Source: Psilocybe cubensis
Taxonomy: Eukaryota
Direction of reading: 5' to 3'
Assembly (NCBI GenBank): GCA_017499595.2
Contig: CM038999.1
Coordinates: 2,108,001-2,172,000, forward strand
DNA length: 64,000 bases
The position numbers and the translations under genes were made by a program. The notes beneath the pieces are model-generated. The model ran no database searches and was not told the origin of the DNA. It saw nothing but the letters and a program-made list of their open reading frames with translations. This document shows, one piece after another, positions 23,791 to 37,397 of this stretch (positions are counted from its first letter, which is position 1; each line of letters opens with the position of its first letter).

Positions 23791-24852
23791 ATGCAGAACG
23801 AGACATCCGAGCGAGATCTCCACGCTGATCTCTTTCCAAACTTCTTCGACAATATCTTTCCAGACAGACCCACCGCCAACATCGACGAGGAGCCCCTCTA
23901 TGTCAATGCAAAACAGTACTTTCGCATCCTCAAGCGCAGAGTCGCCAGGACCCGCCTCGAGGAGCTTCACCGCCTCTCCAGGCAGCGCAAGGTTCTTTTT
24001 TTCTTCTTTTTCCTCTCTTCTCCTCCTCATTTTCCTCTTTTCTAGCCATATCTCCACGAGTCCCGCCACAAGCACGCTATGAGGCGTCCAAGGGGCCCCG
24101 GTGGTCGCTTCCTCACCGCAGAGGAGATTGCTGCCCAAAAACTTGCTGCCCGGGAGGACGGCCCATCCAATGTCGATCACGACATAGAGGAGGAAAATCT
24201 CCAGATGTCTCCAGACCCTGACCCGGAGCCGTCTCCAATAGAGTCCCCGCCGCCGCCCCCGTCTTTCATACAGGCGCAGCCTATGAATGTTAACATGGAC
24301 TATCATAGGAATCATCTCCATTCTCTCCAGGCCCCAACCCCACCGCCCCCACCGCCCCCTCAGAAACAGCCCCAGCTGTATCCTCAGCAGACCCACCATG
24401 CTGCCCATAATCACCATCGCCAGCAGCAGCACCAGTCCTCGCATCTCCAGCAGGCACAACCACTTCAGCCACAGCAGCATCAGCCACAGCAGCACCAGAC
24501 ACATCAACACCAGACACAACCCCAACAGCAACACCAGCAGCAGCAGTCGCAACCACATACCCAGCAGCCCCAGGCCCAGGCCCAGCACCATCATCACCCA
24601 GGCCACCATTCCCACAACCCTGCTGCAGCAAAGGGGGCCCTGAACTCGGCTCCCATTACCCTCAGTTCTCCTTATCCTACAGTCCAGATGCATCATGTTC
24701 CCCATCCTCACGCCCATGCCAGGCATCACCATTCAAACTATGCATACCAGATGTACGCCCAGGACTCGATCACCCAGTCAAACACCCTCGACATGCAGCG
24801 CCGCACTGAAGAGATGATCCAATACAGCACTGCCGGTCCATCAACTTCCTAA
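23791..24852 (+). CDS. HAP2: CCAAT-binding factor subunit Hap2/HapB (NF-YA) with Q/H-rich C-terminus
   Basis: EEPLYVNAKQYFRILKRRVAR..RK|PYLHESRHKHAMRRPRGPGGRFLT, the canonical NF-YA core. Confidence 0.95.
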
Positions 24853-24974
24853 CTCAATTCACAATTCACAATTAATATATATATATACTGTTTTTTGGCT
24901 TTGTCTTTTTGGCTCGTCAAAAATATGTACAAGTGTCTGTTATGCCCTTCCAGTCTAATCCCCTCTAGTTCAGT

Positions 24975-25750
24975 TTATGGTTCGACATCCATCGCGTCTT
25001 CGTCTATTGTCTCCCCTTCTCTTTTCAACATTTCCATTTCCGCTGCGGCTTTTGCTTCCGCTTGCTTTCTTCTTCTCTCTTCTTCCTCCTCCTGCATTTT
25101 CTTCATATCCTCTTTATCCTCCGGAGCAACAAGCGGCTTGAATAATATGAGCGCTTGGCTTGGTCCTGTAGCAGGCGATTTGGACGACGATGATGACGCT
25201 TCCAGAGTGTTCGAGCGGATGCGATCGAGGAGAGCAGTGTTGACAGATATTGTTTCATTCTCCTCTTCGTCTTCCTGCGCGAACGAATCCATGTCCGTAA
25301 TAATTATTCCTTATTTTTCAAAAACAAAAAATCATGTTCAGTAACGATCGAGTACAACAGAATTGAATAAATTTGAGACGTACGATCAGGCCCCAGTTCA
25401 TACCATGAGGAGTTTTTCATTTTCACTTCAGGTGCGCTGGACGGTTCCTCGATCGTGTAAGGTGGACGATCTGTAGAATAATGTGATGTGGAGGTGGATG
25501 CAAGAGGCGTCATGTCCGCGTCCGCGCTGGCCATTTGTATCTCACGGACTGTGGGCAGCGTTTCCACAGGAGATACCTGCTCCGCGACAATAGAAGGCGA
25601 AGGTCCGAGAGTCATATGCGCGAACCCTTGCTCGAGGTTGCTGCATCTCCGCCGCTTCGGAGGATGTGGCTTTGCAGCAGAGACTCCCGGACCGCTACCT
25701 AGTGGGAGGTCGTCGTCTGGACTCACAGTTTCAGGGTGTTTGCGCTTCAT
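24975..25750 (-). CDS. Hypothetical fungal protein (NLS-like KRRR, acidic/coiled C-terminus)
   Basis: Two exons: MKRKHPE..PPKRRRCSNLEQGFAHMTL..SSWYELGPDR|IIITDMDSF..AMDVEP*. Confidence 0.7.
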
Positions 25751-26097
25751 GATAGTGGTGTCGAACCACGGATGGCGAATATGCGAAGAGGGCGTCCAGG
25801 TCTGGCACGAGGTCATCGCGAGGGTGGGGAATGGGGGTGGTAACTTGGTGGTGGAGAATGAGTGGACTGTTTAAGTTGAACTCTTTGAGCTAAACCAGTG
25901 AATAAAACAGGAACATTCCAGAGGTGACGAGATACACGTGACCTACTTTCCCAGCGCGTCAATTACAATTAGGGGCTAATGACGCCCATACACACCCACA
26001 TCCCATTTGAAATTGGGCCAAGTTTTAACATTAAACTTTAATCTGGCCGGTCATTTATCAGACTGTCTGCAATGTCTCGAGTTCACATTTCACCCAA

Positions 26098-28174
26098 ATG
26101 CATCTCCCACCGACGAGCCTATTTCTGTCGCTTGTGTATGTTTTTGCCTGGCTCACGACTCTAGTCTGGGCGTCTCCGTTAGCTACCTCTAGAAGAGGAA
26201 TTAAAACGGACACAAATAATTCAACCTCGTTCATAGTCCCTATCTCGCGGCGCGCACTTTCTGGGAAAAATACAAGGCGCATGATAGCAGGCACATTCGA
26301 TCCAAGCTATGTGGTAAGTCATGGTTTGGTCCCGTCACCTCTACGGTATAACCAACAAGATTAAAAGAAGGAGGAACTATCGAAACTTGTATTCAAATAT
26401 CAGAACGCCCCCAAGTTTCTCAAGGACCTAATTATGCATGCTCCGTACAATGCATCCCTCGCAGGACAACAAGCCGGCATGAACACGACCAGCACTCATG
26501 AAGCACATTCTCCTAACCTTGTAGCCGACATATCATGGGAGCAAGATGCAACAGAAGTAACGCTCGAAATACCACCTATATTGGCTTCATCCGGCCAGGC
26601 AAAAATGCCTCTAACGGATATGATGTCTGGGCCAACGAATCTGGACACGTTATATTATGGACCGCTTCGATTTGGAACGCCGCCGCAAGAGCTGACTGTT
26701 GATGTCGATACAGGCTCCGCTGATCTTTGGGTTCCGTCTGGATGTGCCGCCTGTTCAAACAAGCAATTCAATAAGCAATCGAGTTCTACGTATTCTGAGA
26801 GTGGATCGACGTTCGATGTATCATATGCAAGTCTTTCTTTTTTCCTGCCACTGAACAGATTGATCGATATGCAAATCTTAGGGATCAGGAGGCGTTTCCG
26901 CCGTGTTATCAACAGACGTTGTCACACTCCAGGGACTTTCTATACATAACCAATCCTTTGGTACAGTGACTCGGGAATCGGACGACTTCAACTCGTATCC
27001 AAATAGTGGTCTCCTTGGGATGGCATTTGGTTCTATTGCGGCCTCCGGAAAGCCGACATTTTTTGAGAATTTGATCAATGAGAAGCAGCTGGCTGCACCT
27101 ATATTTTCTGTTCACCTGGAAAGAGGTGAAGAAAATGGATCCGAGGTTTCTTTCTACCTAATTGTTGAGTGGATGGATGTTGTTACTGACATTCAATACT
27201 TTGCTGATTAGATTTGTTTTGGATGTGTAAATGACGACAAGATGATTGGAAAAGTCCACTGGATCCCTGTGGTGTCCAAGGTACGCATGAACCCACATTA
27301 CAGTTCCGACATGTTTTCATCGTTAATCCCTTTAGACATACTGGTCTGTAGCTTTGGAACGCGTGTCGGCGACACCAACAGCCGTCATAGACTCACCCGG
27401 CGTTGTTGCTGTGAGAAATCATCTCATGTTTAACTCTACATTCATGTGGATTGAACTCGCTTCAAAAAGGCTATAGATACAGGTACAACTCTGATCTATT
27501 TACCACGGAATATTGCAACAGAGTTATATGGCCTGGTGCGCTGCTATACCTCTGCCTTGCAGGTATAATTGGAAATTTGAACTCTCAATTATCGTAGATT
27601 CCTGCTTCCAAGCCGGCGCCTCAATATGGACCAGGTAAAACTATTACTTGAAAATATAGTCACTTTTCTGAAAGAGTGAAAACAAACGCAGGATTTTTCA
27701 CTGTGCCTTGCAATGGCCAGTTTAACATATCATTCTCTTTTGGAGGAGGAACTTTCGTTGTTGACAACAGAGACTTCAACCTAGGTAAAAATGAACCTAG
27801 TGAAAGTGCAACAATTGTGCTGATATTTACCTATTAGGATTAGTCGATGATGATGGAACGTAAGAAAAGAATTCTGTAAATAGATGAAGGTTATCGAGGT
27901 TGACGCTGGATTGCAGAGATTGCGTAGGAGGGATACTGGGACTTGGAGACGATTTCCCAGCTAATCTGGCAATTATTGGCAAGTGCTATTTTCCCTTAGG
28001 TTGGCTGTTGTGATAACAAACTCCCATTCCAGGAGACGAATTTCTCAAATCTTGTAAGAAACTACAACACAATAACTTCGTTAAAACTAAAACATTCAAT
28101 CAGGGTATTCGATATTTGATTATTCAAACGGTGCGAGGATAGGATTGTCAGCAAGCGTTAATAACAAAACCTAA
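26098..28174 (+). CDS. Secreted aspartic peptidase A1 (pepsin-like), many introns
   Basis: Signal peptide; VDVDTGSADLWV; GLLGMAF; AIDTGTTLIY; IIGDEFLKSWYSIFD..RIGL. Confidence 0.93.
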
Positions 28175-28276
28175 AAGAGGTCGACATGACGCAAATACGG
28201 TATAATTATACTTTAAATGAGGATAGTAATGCCATGTAATCCAACTTTATCAAATTCATTCCGCATCATCATATCG

Positions 28277-29333
28277 TTAGTTTGTCTTCAGAGTTTTTGG
28301 CGCCGATTTGCCGAGGACTTTGCGCCTTTGCGCAATCATGTAAGTGTACATAACGTAGAGACCTGGAGTGGTGTAAGTATGTGATATATAAATGGAATAG
28401 TAGGATACTTACCGGGCCACCAGATAAGGAACAAAATGCCACGGACATAGTCAGTAAGTTTCCACATGCCCTGAAGCCATGATTGCCATCCAGGAATGGG
28501 AGACGAGGCGGGAAGGGTGGCATAGGTGAGGAAGGCTTCGGATGAAGCGCCAATGGGGTACAAAATATAAAAGGTCGTATAACGCAAATAAAGAAGAACG
28601 TAGAGGTTTTTGCCGAGCAGGTTGAATGCGTAGAAGGTGTACCGAATGACTTCTGTGGCAGACCACGCGAGAACCATGCTGGTATACAGTGGGTTGGAAC
28701 GAACCTAGGAACAAAAAAGTATAAGGGCAGAGTAATAGGCGATCAAAGGATAAACGCACCTCGGGGAATTGTTCAGCAATGCCCCAGACCAGGAAAAGTC
28801 TGCTCGAGACTTGCATAACAGTGGTCTGCAATGGGCTGCGCACCCATCCCAATAACACATGGACGATTTCCATCACAGCAAAAGTTTGTACGAACGCGGT
28901 CTGCGGGCCAACGCGGGAGAACGTCGTCGCTGAGCGACGGTAGATTGGCTGCAGATACGAAGGAAGACGCGATTGAACGTTGTTGGACGCGAAGAATCTG
29001 AGGGCCTTGGGTAAAGACACGGTGGAGGTTAAACGAGATAGTACCGACATGGCGGATTTTCCGCGGGGAGCTTGGACAGCATCGGCTTTGCCGTCGAGGT
29101 TGAAGAGGTGGATGAGGGTTAAGGTAAGAATGTAAGCCCATCCAAGTGTAGAGATGACATTGTATGCCACTAGATAAACTTTGAGCGCAAGAGGGGTAGC
29201 TAGGGCGACAGCGTTAGAAAAATGAGCGAAAAGTGGATGGAGAATTTTATGTACATTTCGTAGGTTTTTGAGTTGTAGCCTTTGACTTTGCGGGAGTCTG
29301 GGGAGGTTTTTCAGGGACCTGCGGCGCGGGCAT
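28277..29333 (-). CDS. PHS1: Very-long-chain 3-hydroxyacyl-CoA dehydratase (PTPLA/HACD)
   Basis: YLVAYN, VQTFAVMEIVH, QVSSRL, AWSATEVIRY, LRYTTFYILYPIGASSE, YTYMIAQRRK. Confidence 0.95.
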
Positions 29334-29552
29334 GATGGAAATTGTTTTCGTCAAGATCGTTTGTGAGAGAACCCAACTTTATTTCATTTTCAAGTTCAAG
29401 GCCACCCTGAACTGACTTCACGTGATCGATACCACTGCCCCACTTTGAATGAAGACTACTAGTAGGATCCATGTTATAAGTAACAGTACAAGAGAAACAA
29501 AATACAGGGTATGATATACAAATAAAATAAAACTATATTGAGACTAAATTCA

Positions 29553-31994
29553 TCACATCAACTCATCTGTCGTCATATCCCCTTCCTTTGCCTCCAGCAA
29601 TGGCTGTTCCCTTGACATGAACAGGTGTTTGCTGCCACTGCTGATGTGGGTTATTGGCAGCGATGAATTTAAGCTGTTGCCAAGGTTGACCAAAGGAGGT
29701 CGAGCGACTCGTGTGATGTTGGTACGTGTCTTCTTCTCAGGTGGAACCTGCACCGACTTGTACATATCAATTTCGTTCTGTAACTCGTCGTTCTGCGCGA
29801 CAACATTCTCTTGTTCGCGTATAAGCATAGCAATTTTCTGAATTCAAGTCAGTGGCCTGACAAGACTTATAAGAAAAGCAAACGTACGTGTTTTGCCTCA
29901 GCTAATTCTCTGCGGATACGGTCAACATACATGATTCTCTGGGCTGGGTTGTTGTGGCCCAGGATCTCAGCGTTGAATTTGCTAATGCGATCAGCTTCTT
30001 CCTCCGCGATCTGGTTACGCGTTACAAGCCTCTCGACTTCTGCATGGAGAGCGTAAAATGACTCTTGGTAGCTTTCGGCGTCTGCCAACTCGGTCGTCAA
30101 TCTAATTGGAAACTAGTTATATATATTAAATTGCAAGAAATAGAAGCGCCCACGTACTGTTCGATCTCCGCACGGAGAACATCTTCGGCAATACGGTTCT
30201 TTTGCACCGTCGAAGTCAATCTTGCAACGGTATCCTTTTCTTTTTTCAAAAGAACAGCATGCTGTGCCGCCGTTTTCCGCATATCTTCTTGAGTTTCAGA
30301 TAGTTTGGCCTCCAGAACAGCGACCGTTGCAGTCAAATTGTCCACTGTAGACATCGCCGACTTGAGTTGTTCATCGTGCTGGGTTTTTTCTTTCTGTATC
30401 GATTCCAGCCGAGTTGCCATTGCTTCATGGGAGGCTAACGTGCTCGATAAATCAGATGCACGTTGTTGAGCTATATTTTGCAGTTCCGTGTAATCATCAT
30501 GTAGAATCGAAGAGGCCTGCCGAAGTTCTTCAATCTGGGTACGGTAAAAGTCTGCAAGTGACATTTGCAGATTGGCATCGCTTTTTGCGTGCTCCAGTGA
30601 CTGCTCGAGATTTGCGGTGTCAGTATCCCAAATGGCAGATTGAGACCATAGATTGGCGTCGCTTCCGACAGGTGTCGTGTAATCAAAGGCGGTCAAGGAA
30701 GAGTTGTCCCGCAAAGTTTCGGAGACAAGTTGATGAAGAAGCGTGTTTTCTGATTTGATCTGGCGAATGAGATGGGCTAGTTCAACGACCTGAGCCTCAG
30801 AGTTTGCTAGCTTGCGCTCAAGCCGGAATTGTCGGATTTGAAGGGTATCGTAGTCTTGTTGCAGCCGGCAATGTTTGGACGACGAGACCGATTGCGAAAC
30901 AAGATTGCCATACTGTTCCACGACAGTATTAAGCAGATAGCAATGTTGTTCGAGACGCTGTACAAGGGCATCTTCCCTGCTGGCCGCCTCGTTTTCGACT
31001 TCAGAAAGCCTGTCCTTTGTTGTCTGTGCTTCTGACTGAGCTTCCTTGACAAGGACCTCCAGATGGGCGGTATTGGTCTTGATCATGTTTGATTCTTCCT
31101 CCAAAAGACGCTTCGACTCCTGGATTTTACTTTCTGCGAGCTCTCGCTTCTTCTTTTCGGACTGAACAAGCCTTTCCAACTCTGCAATGCGACGGTCTCG
31201 ATCCTTGAGTTCGTCCTTCCGTTTGGCCTCGAGGGTCGCGAGCGACTTTTTAAGTTCGGATACGTCGGGTTGCTTGGAAATTATTTTGTCTCTTTCAAGT
31301 TCGAGCATGCGTGTTTTATGGCGAAGGTCCTTGATTTCGCTTTGGTCAGCGAGCGAGGCTTTCTTCATTTCTTGCAGACGAGTATCCAAAGCAATATTTT
31401 GCTTCTTCTGCTTGTCGAGTCGCTCTGTAGTTTCTGTGGCGGATTTGAGTGCGGCAGATAACTCCTGTTTTAGCCTTTCCAACTCTACTTGATGCTAGGA
31501 GCACAGTTAATGTAATGGCTATGGGGTGATAAGCCATGTGCTTACTGTTCTTTTGCCTTCTAGATGAACTTTTTCAAGTTCGTCTACCTTTTTCTGAAGC
31601 GCATTGTATTTTTCAATGGCTGACTGTGCTGTGGGAGCTTTAGCGGGTGCGGGGTGCGATTTGGCAGTGCTGGGAGCTGAAGAACTTGAGAACATAAGAG
31701 ATTGAAATGGGGAGAATGGCTGTCAACGCACCTGGGAGCTCTGGATGCTTGTCCTTGGCAAATCTGTCCGTTTTCTCGAGAAATGCACCACGTTTGTAGT
31801 TGTCGAGGACAGACTCTGGGAGATGGATTGAGAGTGGCACAGGATAGTAAACAAAGATGGACGCACCCTGGGGTATACTGTAGGCGTTTGGGCCAGGGAC
31901 ATCGGGAGCTAATGCAGAGCAGTGAGCATTGTTCGTGAAAATAGAGATGAAGCAGACCTTTGAATGGCTCGAAGCGGGGCCCCTTTGGAAACAT
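29553..31994 (-). CDS. Long coiled-coil protein with HMMR/RHAMM-like termini
   Basis: N-terminal MFPKGPRF..PGPNAY, a long coiled coil, and C-terminal NAEILGHNNPAQRIMYVDRIRREL (resembles the HMMR C-terminal LLGHQN..QKI motif). Confidence 0.75.
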
Positions 31995-32141
31995 GGTGGT
32001 ATGTAAGAGGCAGTTGGTTGAGGAAAGCCAGTTGTACGCGACGCGCAGAGTCATGTGACTGCTAAAATAGCGCAGTTGGCATAATCCGAATCGTTGTTGG
32101 TGGCGTTTGTGTCGCTCCAAGCAACTCTGCCTTTGTATTCC

Positions 32142-33770
32142 ATGTCGCACGCGGACCACAGTCCCCGACAGGACACCGACGCCAACCCACCCAGCTCGAC
32201 ATCTCCCCCCGACGCACCCACCGACGACCACAGCCAATCTCTCCCCGCCCCTCCCGCTTCCACCTCCAACGGCCAGCACTCTCCCAACACCCTACCCTCT
32301 GCATCACCCAACGGCCCAAAAATTACCTCCCCATCAGAGCACACCCAGGACGCGTCTACCCAGCATTCCGCAGTTCCACCCTCCGCTCTCAACGGCATGT
32401 CTGGTTCCCAAAACACACACGTCAATGGCGCCAATTCGCAGACTCCCCCACGCACCCAACGCCCCTCATTTTTCTCCAAGCTCTTTCGCATTCTCGTCCC
32501 GTGTGTATCTCCCTCACCCTCGTCTCATCCAGTAGAGCTTCCCGAAACTGTCGCAAAGGCGCCCGAACCTGAAAAAGTCGACTCGAAACCCGAGGAGGAG
32601 GAAAAGTCGGCTCCTTCTGAAACTACCCTACCACAGGATACCCTACGAGTTGAACCTACAAAACCTACTATATCTACAGACAGCCGTCCAATAACGCCTA
32701 CAGCGGAAAATGCAGAAGTCATATTGCCTCCAACACCCACTACCCACCTATTGCCACCCGAGGAGACAGAGGGCATGACTTCCGGCGCCGTTCAGCCCCC
32801 TGGTTCCAAAGGAGACACGCCTACACATGAAAAATCTCATAGTGCTGTTCACCACCCTGTAGACAGTGCGGACGGCAATGAATCAGAGGGCACGAGTTAT
32901 ACCGAGGAGGAGCTGGAAGAGGCCGAAGATGAAGAGGATAGACTGATATTCAATGGAGGAGCTGGTATACCCATAGGTCCAGTGAGTGAATCACTTTACC
33001 AGTATTATTGTTGTCTCTCTAACGTTTCAAACCAAGGACGGAGTTCCTAGACCTCTGCTTCCTCCCATTTCACCTCAGCATGCTGGACGGAAATGCTTAG
33101 TTTTGGACCTTGACGAAACATTGGTACACAGTAGCTTCAAGGTTTGTTTTGCGATCTGTTCATCCTCAACGATCTCCTATAATCGCTGAAATGTTAATTC
33201 AACAGTCCATTTCACAAGCCGACTATGTCGTGCCTGTCGAAATTGAATATCATTGGCATAATGTTTATGTGATTAAACGGCCAGGGGTGGACAATTTCCT
33301 CAAGAAGATGGGCGAAATTTATGAAATCGTTGTCTTTACTGCTAGTCTAAGCAAGGTTGCTCTCTCTTCGGTTTCTTTCCCCAGACCTACATTTACACAT
33401 TCCACTTCAGTATGCGGACCCAGTTTTGGATAAACTCGACATCCACCAAGTGGTTTCCCACAGACTTTTCCGGGAAAGTTGCTACAACCACAAAGGAAAT
33501 TACGTCAAGGTTAGTTGATGCATTCTCCATTCCTTCCTTCCAGAATTTCTCATCTTTTCTTAGGACCTCTCGCAATTGGGCAGGCCCATCGCAGACACAA
33601 TCATCCTTGACAATTCTCCTGCCTCTTACATATTCCATCCTAACAACGCCGTTCCTGTTTCCTCGTGGTTTAATGACCCCCACGATACAGAGCTTACAGA
33701 TTTGGTTCCCTTCCTAACGGATCTCAGTGCAGTCGACGATGTTAGAGGCATTTTGGATGGCGCTCGGTAA
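32142..33770 (+). CDS. PSR1: NIF/FCP1-SCP family phosphatase, Psr1/Psr2-like (copy A)
   Basis: [53 protein letters not shown]; 4 introns. Confidence 0.93.
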
Positions 33771-34617
33771 TATCGAAGCATCCTCGATCTTGGTATGTAG
33801 ACTTTTCAGTGGATCAAATTTATCAAATTTATCACACGATCAGAGGCATTTTTGCATCTTCCGCTTCTTTGTCGATCATAGCCTACCCCCGCAGTTGTTA
33901 TCCTGTTGGTTTATACACCAGTCGTCCTATACCCTCTCAACAAACCCGATTACCCGATGCACCTCTACGTTTTGCGGTCAACGACCAACACATTCATTTT
34001 CGGATGCCCGCTCGGACCACCTACACTGAACCAAACCCACTCGCTCTTTTCGCTGTCTGACCTATATTCGCATTTTTAATGCCAACATTTTTCTTCTTTC
34101 ACACTACTTCTCTTACAGTGTATGATGGTTGACGACTACACCACCATCTTGGTTACAATGACGGGTGCCCTCGCTCTATCTACTCAATGGAAGATTCAAA
34201 GACAGGGTTCAGCGCGTATCAGTTCAGTACTACGGTCCATACCCTTCTTTCCTTTTCCCTTTATTATTATATTCATGACCCTGGCAATGAAAAATCATGA
34301 CGCTACGCCTTACACACACATACACCTTTGTTTGGTCATCGACAGAGAAAAAAAGCTAGTGTATACATAGACATCACGGATAGCGAAAAAAAAAAGTGGT
34401 ACTTCAGGATGGGCTTCATGTATTCGTTCAGTCTAGTCATATGTCTTTTTAATAATAACAGGGTTTTATTTGGAATGAACTTTTGATATACTTTGATATA
34501 CAAACAGAGAGGTCTACTTTGGCACAAGAAATTTACTTTAGCGACCAGGTTCTGACATGCTTTCGAATTGCTCAGGGTATTAAACTGAGGATGGGAAAAA
34601 AAATGAACGTGGTGAAT

Positions 34618-37397
34618 TCAGGTCCTTTGCGCGTTGGCAGTCGTGCTGTCCTTTGATCCTGGCAGCACAGGCTCTTCATCATCCCAAGGGCTAAAGTTGG
34701 CCTTCCTGGTGGGAAGCGCTTGGAGCCAAGCCGGCAGAATACTACCAAAATCCTTTCCGGGGCGCTGAGGGATGAGAGAGAGCGTGTGTCCATTCGTCGG
34801 GGACGGCGGGATGCTGCCGACGTCGCTCAAGCTGGGCAATCGTTCAAAGCTGGTGTTCGTCGATCCGCCAAGCGCGCGTTGCAGTGCCTCTCGCTCTGCT
34901 GGCGAAGGTGCAAAGGCACGCAGAAGAGTGGAAGAAGTAGACGATGACGAGATTGTGCCTAGACCGTTTGGATTGAGCGCGTCGAATGATTTGTGGGTGG
35001 GCAGGATTCCCGTGAATGGGCTTGCGATGGGTTTGCGGAACAAGTTGAACTCCTTGGCGTCCGGGTTGAGTCCTTTGGGAGACTTGGTTTTGCTGCCCAG
35101 TCCTCCGAACCATCGTCGCGAGACGCTCTGGTTCATTTGTGCTTGAGGAGAGTGTTCAGGCAGGGAATCCAAGGACGTATTTAGCTCAGAATCCGAGGGC
35201 GCCCAGCTTTGCATGTCCATCGATTGGACGAATTGCTGATCTTGGGCATAGTCTTGGACAGAAAGATATCGCGAATTGTAAGCACTATTCTCTTGGTGAT
35301 TTACCGATTGGCCATGTAAAGATACCGGAGATGAAGTTAATACTGGGAAGCGAGGCTCAAAGTCATCATTCTGGTAGTGGCTCGGATAAGAGGACGTGGA
35401 GGAAGCGCGCCACTCTTTGTCAATGAAAGAATCACTATCTGACTGGAAAGATTTTGAAACACCAGTTGCCGACTCCATAGAAACCACAAAAGGAATAGGT
35501 ATTTCCTTTGCCTTTGAAACGTGAACGGACGGCGTTTCGATGTTTTCAGGGGACGGGCGTTCATTAAATGGCATGTAGGGAGGGTGTCCTGAATATGAAA
35601 GATTCTGACCGTTTACTGTAGTACCAGAGCCGATGATGCGAGACGAATCTCTGTCGTCCGCACCACTCGAGGATTGCCGGATCGGGACAAAAGGTGGTTC
35701 CCACCCGTCTACAGCAAGCCCCGGGGGGAACCCGGGTTCGGAGTGCAGGTTGGATACCCAGGTCTCTTCTTGAGGAAACGCATGGGCGACGGGAGATGTA
35801 CGGCTCTGCCTGAGCTTCTCGGACTGCTCGCGTAGGGCCTGCAGTCTCTGTCGTTCCGTTGCAAGCTTATCTTCGAGTTCTCTAGACCGGTGATTGAGAA
35901 TCAAGAGCAGATCTTCAGCCTTTTTGATCTCGAGCCGCTTCTGCTCCAGATTTTCGCTAATCTCGCGCTCGACGTCGGAAATTTCGCTCTTGTGGTGCTT
36001 AATGAAGTCCCGGTCCTCGGCAAGATTTTGTTGCAGTCTGAGAATTTCTTTGTTGAGAAAATCGACTCGTTGAGTGGCCCCGTCGCGGAACGACTGTGCA
36101 GCTTTGAGTTTCTTTTCTGCGTCTTTCTTTGTAGACTCTGCACCACGTTTAGAGTCCTCGAGAGCCTTTGTCCGAGATTTGAGTTCGAGCTTTGCGGCGT
36201 CTTCCTGTCGCTTCCGATTACGATGGGTGTCAACCTCGTGCTGTAGAACAGCTCGGGACTGAGCGGCGGCGGCTTCGCAGTCTGTCAACTGGGTGCGGAG
36301 GTCAAGAACGGACGTTTTCGTGCTGGATATCTGGCGCAGGATTTCGGCGATAATGGGCGAATGCTCGAACAAGGCTGATGACGTCCGCGAAGGCGCTGCT
36401 GCCCCGTTGCGCCGGGGTGAGTCGTTCAGGAGGGCATGGGCCTGGGGTTGGACTGGAGCCGGGTGATCGCAGAGTCGTTCGGTGGTGTTGGAAGAAGACT
36501 TGCGGGTCGTGTGCATGGGAAGAGAGGCTGATTTGGGCAAAGGTGGTGGAGTCGAGCTTCTAGGCTGTCCAGCGCCATTCCGCAACGCAGGTCTATCGCG
36601 ATTTCTGAGCCTTGGTGGAGATCCGCGAGATAGATGGCTGGGAAGATTTTTAGCAGAAAAAGTAGGGCCTGTAGTATGTCAGCAAGGGAAAAAAATCGAG
36701 AAAGAAAAAAAATATATACCGTTGTAATCTTGAAGCATATCGAGCCTTTTCATGCTCAAGATTCCCGAGCTCCAGCTTTCTTCGTCCTTTGTTCTCGCGA
36801 TGACATCTTGGTACCAAGCCTCGAAAACGCCTCCGCGCCACCATTTACCAAAGGCACCAATGTACCAAGAATCTGAAATCATCCAACCATCCCGATTTTC
36901 TCGTTCCGACGACTTTGAAAGGGGGACCATGGCAGCTATGGTAAAGATGGCAAAGCTGTGAAAAACATGCTTGGGAGTGCGAAGGGCGATGGAAGCACGG
37001 TTTGCAAAATGGAAAGAGGGAGTGGCATCTGCGGCGAAAAGTGGGGGGTTGAACTGGGTTTGGGAAGAGGAGCGTTGTGGGGATTTGGAGTTGGAGTTGT
37101 CGTCGGCAGTGTCGTCCAAACGACTGAGATGCAGGCGAAAGGATTGCTCTGTGAGATATGCACGAAAAGAGTTTTCCGATGGGTTTGTAAGGTATGCTAA
37201 AGGGAGCTCTTTCAGAGCGCAAAAAAAAGAGGAGAGAGAATATGGAAAGAAAACGAACCAAGGACGAGAGTTACGATCCCGAAAACGATAAGACAGAACA
37301 TGAACCTGAGGTCGCCCTTGCCCAGGACGATTTGGACCAATTCCTTGAAAGGATTACGGACGGACAAGAGGCCCAGACCACCGAGCGAAATACTCAT
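34618..37397 (-). CDS. Hypothetical membrane-anchored coiled-coil protein
   Basis: N-terminal TM (FMFCLIVFGIVTLVL|AYLTNPSENSF), FHSFAIFTIA..YIGAFGKWW, and a large final exon (ORF 34618..36585) with a coiled coil and LNPDAKEF (PAM2-like) motif. Confidence 0.75.

Noticed and set aside
23749..24732. 327-aa Leu-rich minus-strand ORF
   Set aside because: Antisense shadow of the CAG-rich Hap2 coding sequence.
31584..32279. 231-aa minus-strand ORF spanning the HMMR/PSR1 promoter
   Set aside because: Chimera of PSR1 antisense, promoter, the true short HMMR first exon and introns.
33771..34617. Small ORFs in the ~850-bp convergent gap (e.g. 34122..34370)
   Set aside because: No recognisable motifs; composition fits 3' UTRs.
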